NCBI GenBank assembly: GCA_965603825.1
Contig: CBFDEM010000029.1
Location: forward strand, 310,001-374,000
Direction of reading: 5' to 3'
Length of the DNA: 64,000 nucleotides
Source: Blepharisma stoltei ATCC 30299
Taxonomy: Eukaryota; Protista; Ciliophora
Shown: positions 60,656-64,000 of the stretch, piece after piece
Numbering within the stretch: the first letter of the stretch is position 1
Layout: each line of letters opens with the position of its first letter
Program-made: the position numbers and the translations under genes
The notes under the pieces: generated by a model
Told to the model about the DNA's origin: nothing
What the model saw: only the letters and a program-made list of their open reading frames with translations
The model's database searches: none

Positions 60656-61685
60656 ATGGAAAACCCTTCACTCTCAAATTTTCGATACAATGGAATTTTA
60701 CCTGACGACAAAAGTGAAAACGGCAGCAACTCATCGCGGGATTTATCCAATATACAGCTACCCACCCAAAAAAACTCAAACAGTCTTATAGAGAAAATTG
60801 AAAAAGAAGAAACTCGGCTTATGAAAGTTGGCTTTATAAAGCTAAAACCTAGATTTTCGACCCATATCCTAAAATCAAATCTCAAAGCAAAAATCGTAAA
60901 AAATTATTCAGAAAAAAATCAAAAAAATTCCTTTTTGCAATTTGGATATTATGTTTTACAATATTTGCCGAAAATATTACCAAAGTGAGCGCGAAAGCGA
61001 ATTGACCTTATCGGCAATAGAACTTTACCATCCTCTTTACAGGCTAAAAAAGAAACTACCAAATCTTTCGCCTAAGGACTCTTTTCAAGTACACCAAGTT
61101 TCACAAAATATCAATAATTACTATCACCAAATCAAGCTTGAATACCACATAATAAAAAATCTAGTCGAATTATTGTCGCAATTAGCAATAAAATGAAAAA
61201 TTTCGAAATGCAATAAAATTTTGTATAGATTTTCATCGAGAAATGGACACATGAAAATATTAGATTTAGAAGAATTAACACGGGATTTATTTACTGTTGA
61301 ATCTTTATGACTTAGCATCGAAGTAGAAAACTTTCCTAAAGGCCTCGGAATATCAGAAGAAACTATCCAATTTGCTCAAATCTACAGGCAGTCTGCCGCT
61401 ATAGTATTAAAATACTTAATTAGCCTGAACAACCGCGATTTCAGTGAATTTAACTCATCAGAAAATCTGATTGAAAAGAAAAAGGAGCTTAAACGAGAAA
61501 TTTACCACAGTTTTGAGCCTCCTGGTAGCATATTTAAATGCTTCCGAGGTAAAAAAAGCCTAGAAAATTTGCAATTAAAAGAGCTTTTATGTGACTTTGA
61601 GTATGCTTGCCGAGTTTTTGAAGAAAAATTACTTGAGGATTTAATAGAATATAGCAATGCTGATCTGCCTAAAGGAATGTATTAA
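60656..61685 (+). CDS. Hypothetical protein, 337 aa; 16-nt intron 60896..60911
   Basis: Splicing gtaaaaaattattcag joins track ORFs 60656 and 60942; open with TGA=W to TAA 61683-61685. Confidence 0.7.
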
Positions 61686-61700
61686 TAAAATTAATAAAAA

Positions 61701-62822
61701 ATGAATAAAATAAAACCTTCTTTTAGAAGACCAATTTTGCATAGGACAAGCACAAAAATCCTTGAAATGGCCGAGTCCTTACCTGCTCTTTCGTCTCCTA
61801 AGACGTTAAATGTAGACCCGAGACCTGTATTTCACCGAACAAAATCATTAAAAAAAGTATCAAAAATCCCTGGAAATCCCCAGCCCAAACTTAAATGTAA
61901 ACATATAACAAAAGGAACTATGTCGATTATATTACAAAATGAGCCTGGAACATCAGTAAATCGCCGCTATTTGTTAAGGAAAGGGCTAAAAAACTCGACG
62001 AGAAACAAACTTAAAGTCAAAACGATTCAATGATTAATCACAAATCACAAAAAAGAAGTTGATAAGCTGCTAGACAATTGCAAATTAATGATGCAGACTG
62101 CAAATTATAAAGGATCTATAAATATTCAGCAGTTTCAAGATATAATGTCAAGTCTGGGAATCGGAATCGATCAAACCCTTATAGACCGTCTTTTCTGGGT
62201 TTTTGATGAAGACGGAAATGGGTATATAGAAGCCAGAGAAGTGATGGTCGGCTTAGAAATGTTTAGGAGTAGCAGTTTTCAAGAAAAACTTGAGGTTTTT
62301 TTTGATATTTGTGATGAAGATGGCAGCGGAGATATAGATGAGGACGAATTTTACAATGTTTTGAAGCTTTGTGTTCCCAGCGCACATGTAAGGGAATTAT
62401 TGAGAGAAAGCTTGCATGATCTATTTATGGCAATTGATGAGGATGGAAATGGAGTTTTAAGCAAAGAAGAGCTTATAAGGGCTGCAAACCAAAGTGAAGC
62501 GGTTAGGACAATTATTGAAAAAAGCATAAGTAATGCTCATTATGGTGATTTATGGTTTTCTAATGACTTTTATCAGCCTCATATACAGAGATATAGTGGA
62601 CTAACTGCAGGGAGGACTAATGGTGTTTTCCATCCGGAAATAGACAGGCTAGTTAGTGTGCTCAAAGATGAAGAAGAAATATACGAGCAAGGAAAACAGA
62701 GAAAATTCCATAATAAAATGCTGCTGAAAAAGTGGATAAAAGAAAACGATTTAAAGGAGTTATCATCAGATGATGAAGAAAAAGAGATTATTTATAGCAA
62801 TGAAGGAGAGATTATCAATTAA
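61701..62822 (+). CDS. EF-hand calcium sensor (calcineurin-B/NCS/calaxin-like) with basic N-terminal extension, 373 aa
   Basis: FDEDGNGYIE, CDEDGSGDID, IDEDGNGVLS canonical loops; joined via TGA at 62031. Confidence 0.85.
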
Positions 62823-62849
62823 AAAATTTTGTAATAAAATAGTCTAAAT

Positions 62850-63578
62850 ATGTCATATGACACAAATTCTCAAACTATTTTAAAAGCTATAGGAAAAAGT
62901 TATTCAACTTCTTCTCTTTCAAGAAAATCAAAATTATTAATTGATAGTTCTCCAAAGAGAAAAACGCCAACCCCAAGCTCTATAAAGCCAATTACAAAAT
63001 CTAGCTTCACAGCCCGATCCACAGAAAATCTAAAAAAAAACTCATCTAAAAGCCCAAAAAGCCAAAATTTTATTAAAGACTTTGCTATAAGAAAAAACAT
63101 TATTTGCAGAGTCCTGAATGAAAGAGAGAAAAATCTCCGGGTAGAACAAGATAGAAAAGAACTGCATGAAAAATATGAAAAACTAAGGGAAAAGCAAGAA
63201 GAAAGGGCCAAAAGGACAAGGAAATTAGTTAATTATGAAAAAGAGTTCAAAAATCAGTTCTCAGCAAAGAATTTTGAATTTAAATTTGAAGGTGGTAGCA
63301 AAATCAAGAAAAAAGGAGAATTAAAGGCAAGATGTGTTCTAAGGCAAAGCGAAATTGATTCAGAAATAGTCCCAGAAACTCATCATAAGCATTTTACTTT
63401 GCAAGACCTTCAAGCTATATTAAATTTTCGTAAAGATTTGCCATTTAAATTTTATTTTGCCTTAATTATATCAGCATTTATGAATATTTCAAATATTTCT
63501 ATAAGCTCAGATTTTTGAGTAAAAGAAATCCCACAACAGAATTTTTTTCAATTTATTTGCTTAATTTATAAAAAATAA
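62850..63578 (+). CDS. Hypothetical S/K-rich coiled-coil protein; 3' end uncertain
   Basis: Long ORF; track stop is TGA, next TAA at 63576-63578, but the tail looks like AT-rich non-coding sequence. Confidence 0.55.
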
Positions 63579-63710
63579 ATTAAAAAATTTATTAATTTAG
63601 CTAAAATTACAAGATCAATAATAATTATTGATTAAAAAAGTTAATCAATAAAATAACCGATACTTATTAATTAATTTAATAATTCTATCACTGCTAGCTA
63701 AATTTCCAAA

Positions 63711-64000
63711 ATGGCTCTTTCAGAAGATGAGCAAGACGGAGTCGAAATGATGCTGATGATCTGCAACTCTTTAAGTATATGTGGCTGCTTATTTATTTTG
63801 ATCATTTATCTTTCATTTCAAGAGCTTAGAAGTTTTGCTTTTCGACTTGTGCAATATATGTCAATTGTCGACCTTATTCATTCAGTCGCTTTAATGATGC
63901 CTTATAGGGAGTCTGAAGGCTGATGTATATTCCAATCGTTTTTAATACAATACTCAGCTCTTGGCAGTGCATTATGAAGCTTAATCATGGCTTATGCGTT
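63711..64000 (+). CDS. CAR/GCR1-like 7TM GPCR (partial, runs off the window)
   Basis: SLSICGCLFILIIY..LRSFAFRLV.YMSIVDL..C.FQSFLIQY..LGSAL(W)S pattern of cAMP-receptor-like GPCR TM1-3. Confidence 0.8.

Noticed and set aside
10499-64000. Receptor, PAS, EF-hand, GTPase and GPCR genes as one operon-like signalling system
   Set aside because: These families are abundant in ciliate genomes; adjacency alone gives no evidence of a functional cluster.
1-64000. Prokaryotic features (CRISPR arrays, operons, rRNA/tRNA)
   Set aside because: None seen; introns and gene content are eukaryotic. tRNAscan-SE or Infernal would be needed to exclude small ncRNAs.

Overview
Very AT-rich, gene-dense eukaryotic DNA from a heterotrich ciliate, most likely Blepharisma. 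In-frame TGA sits where paralogues or conserved domains have Trp (TGG), real stops are TAA/TAG, and the only introns are 15-16 nt GT..AG with an A six bases from the 3' end. The supplied ORF track therefore fragments most genes; I rebuilt them by hand with TGA=Trp. 1-24 kb is a dynamic tandem array of ~280-aa stand-alone Kelch-like genes (about 8 intact, about 7 broken). It also holds a 1.67-kb element with ~160-bp terminal inverted repeats, CpG-depleted islands, a foreign insertion, a pseudokinase, a Venus-flytrap-domain multipass receptor and a frameshifted Rab. 24-38 kb has a divergent pair of candidate single-TM microproteins, two inverted BAP31-like genes, an EGF-TM-RING-H2 ligase and six tandem dually acylated EF-hand genes. 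38-64 kb has two TM+PAS (TmcB/C-like) paralogues, ankyrin, WDR44-like, RING-CH, CapZ-beta, an atypical GKN small GTPase, two TauE/SafE transporters with Cys-rich ectodomains, an EF-hand protein and the start of a CAR/GCR1-like GPCR. No rRNA, tRNA or CRISPR was recognised. All family calls are from motif recognition by eye, not database searches.
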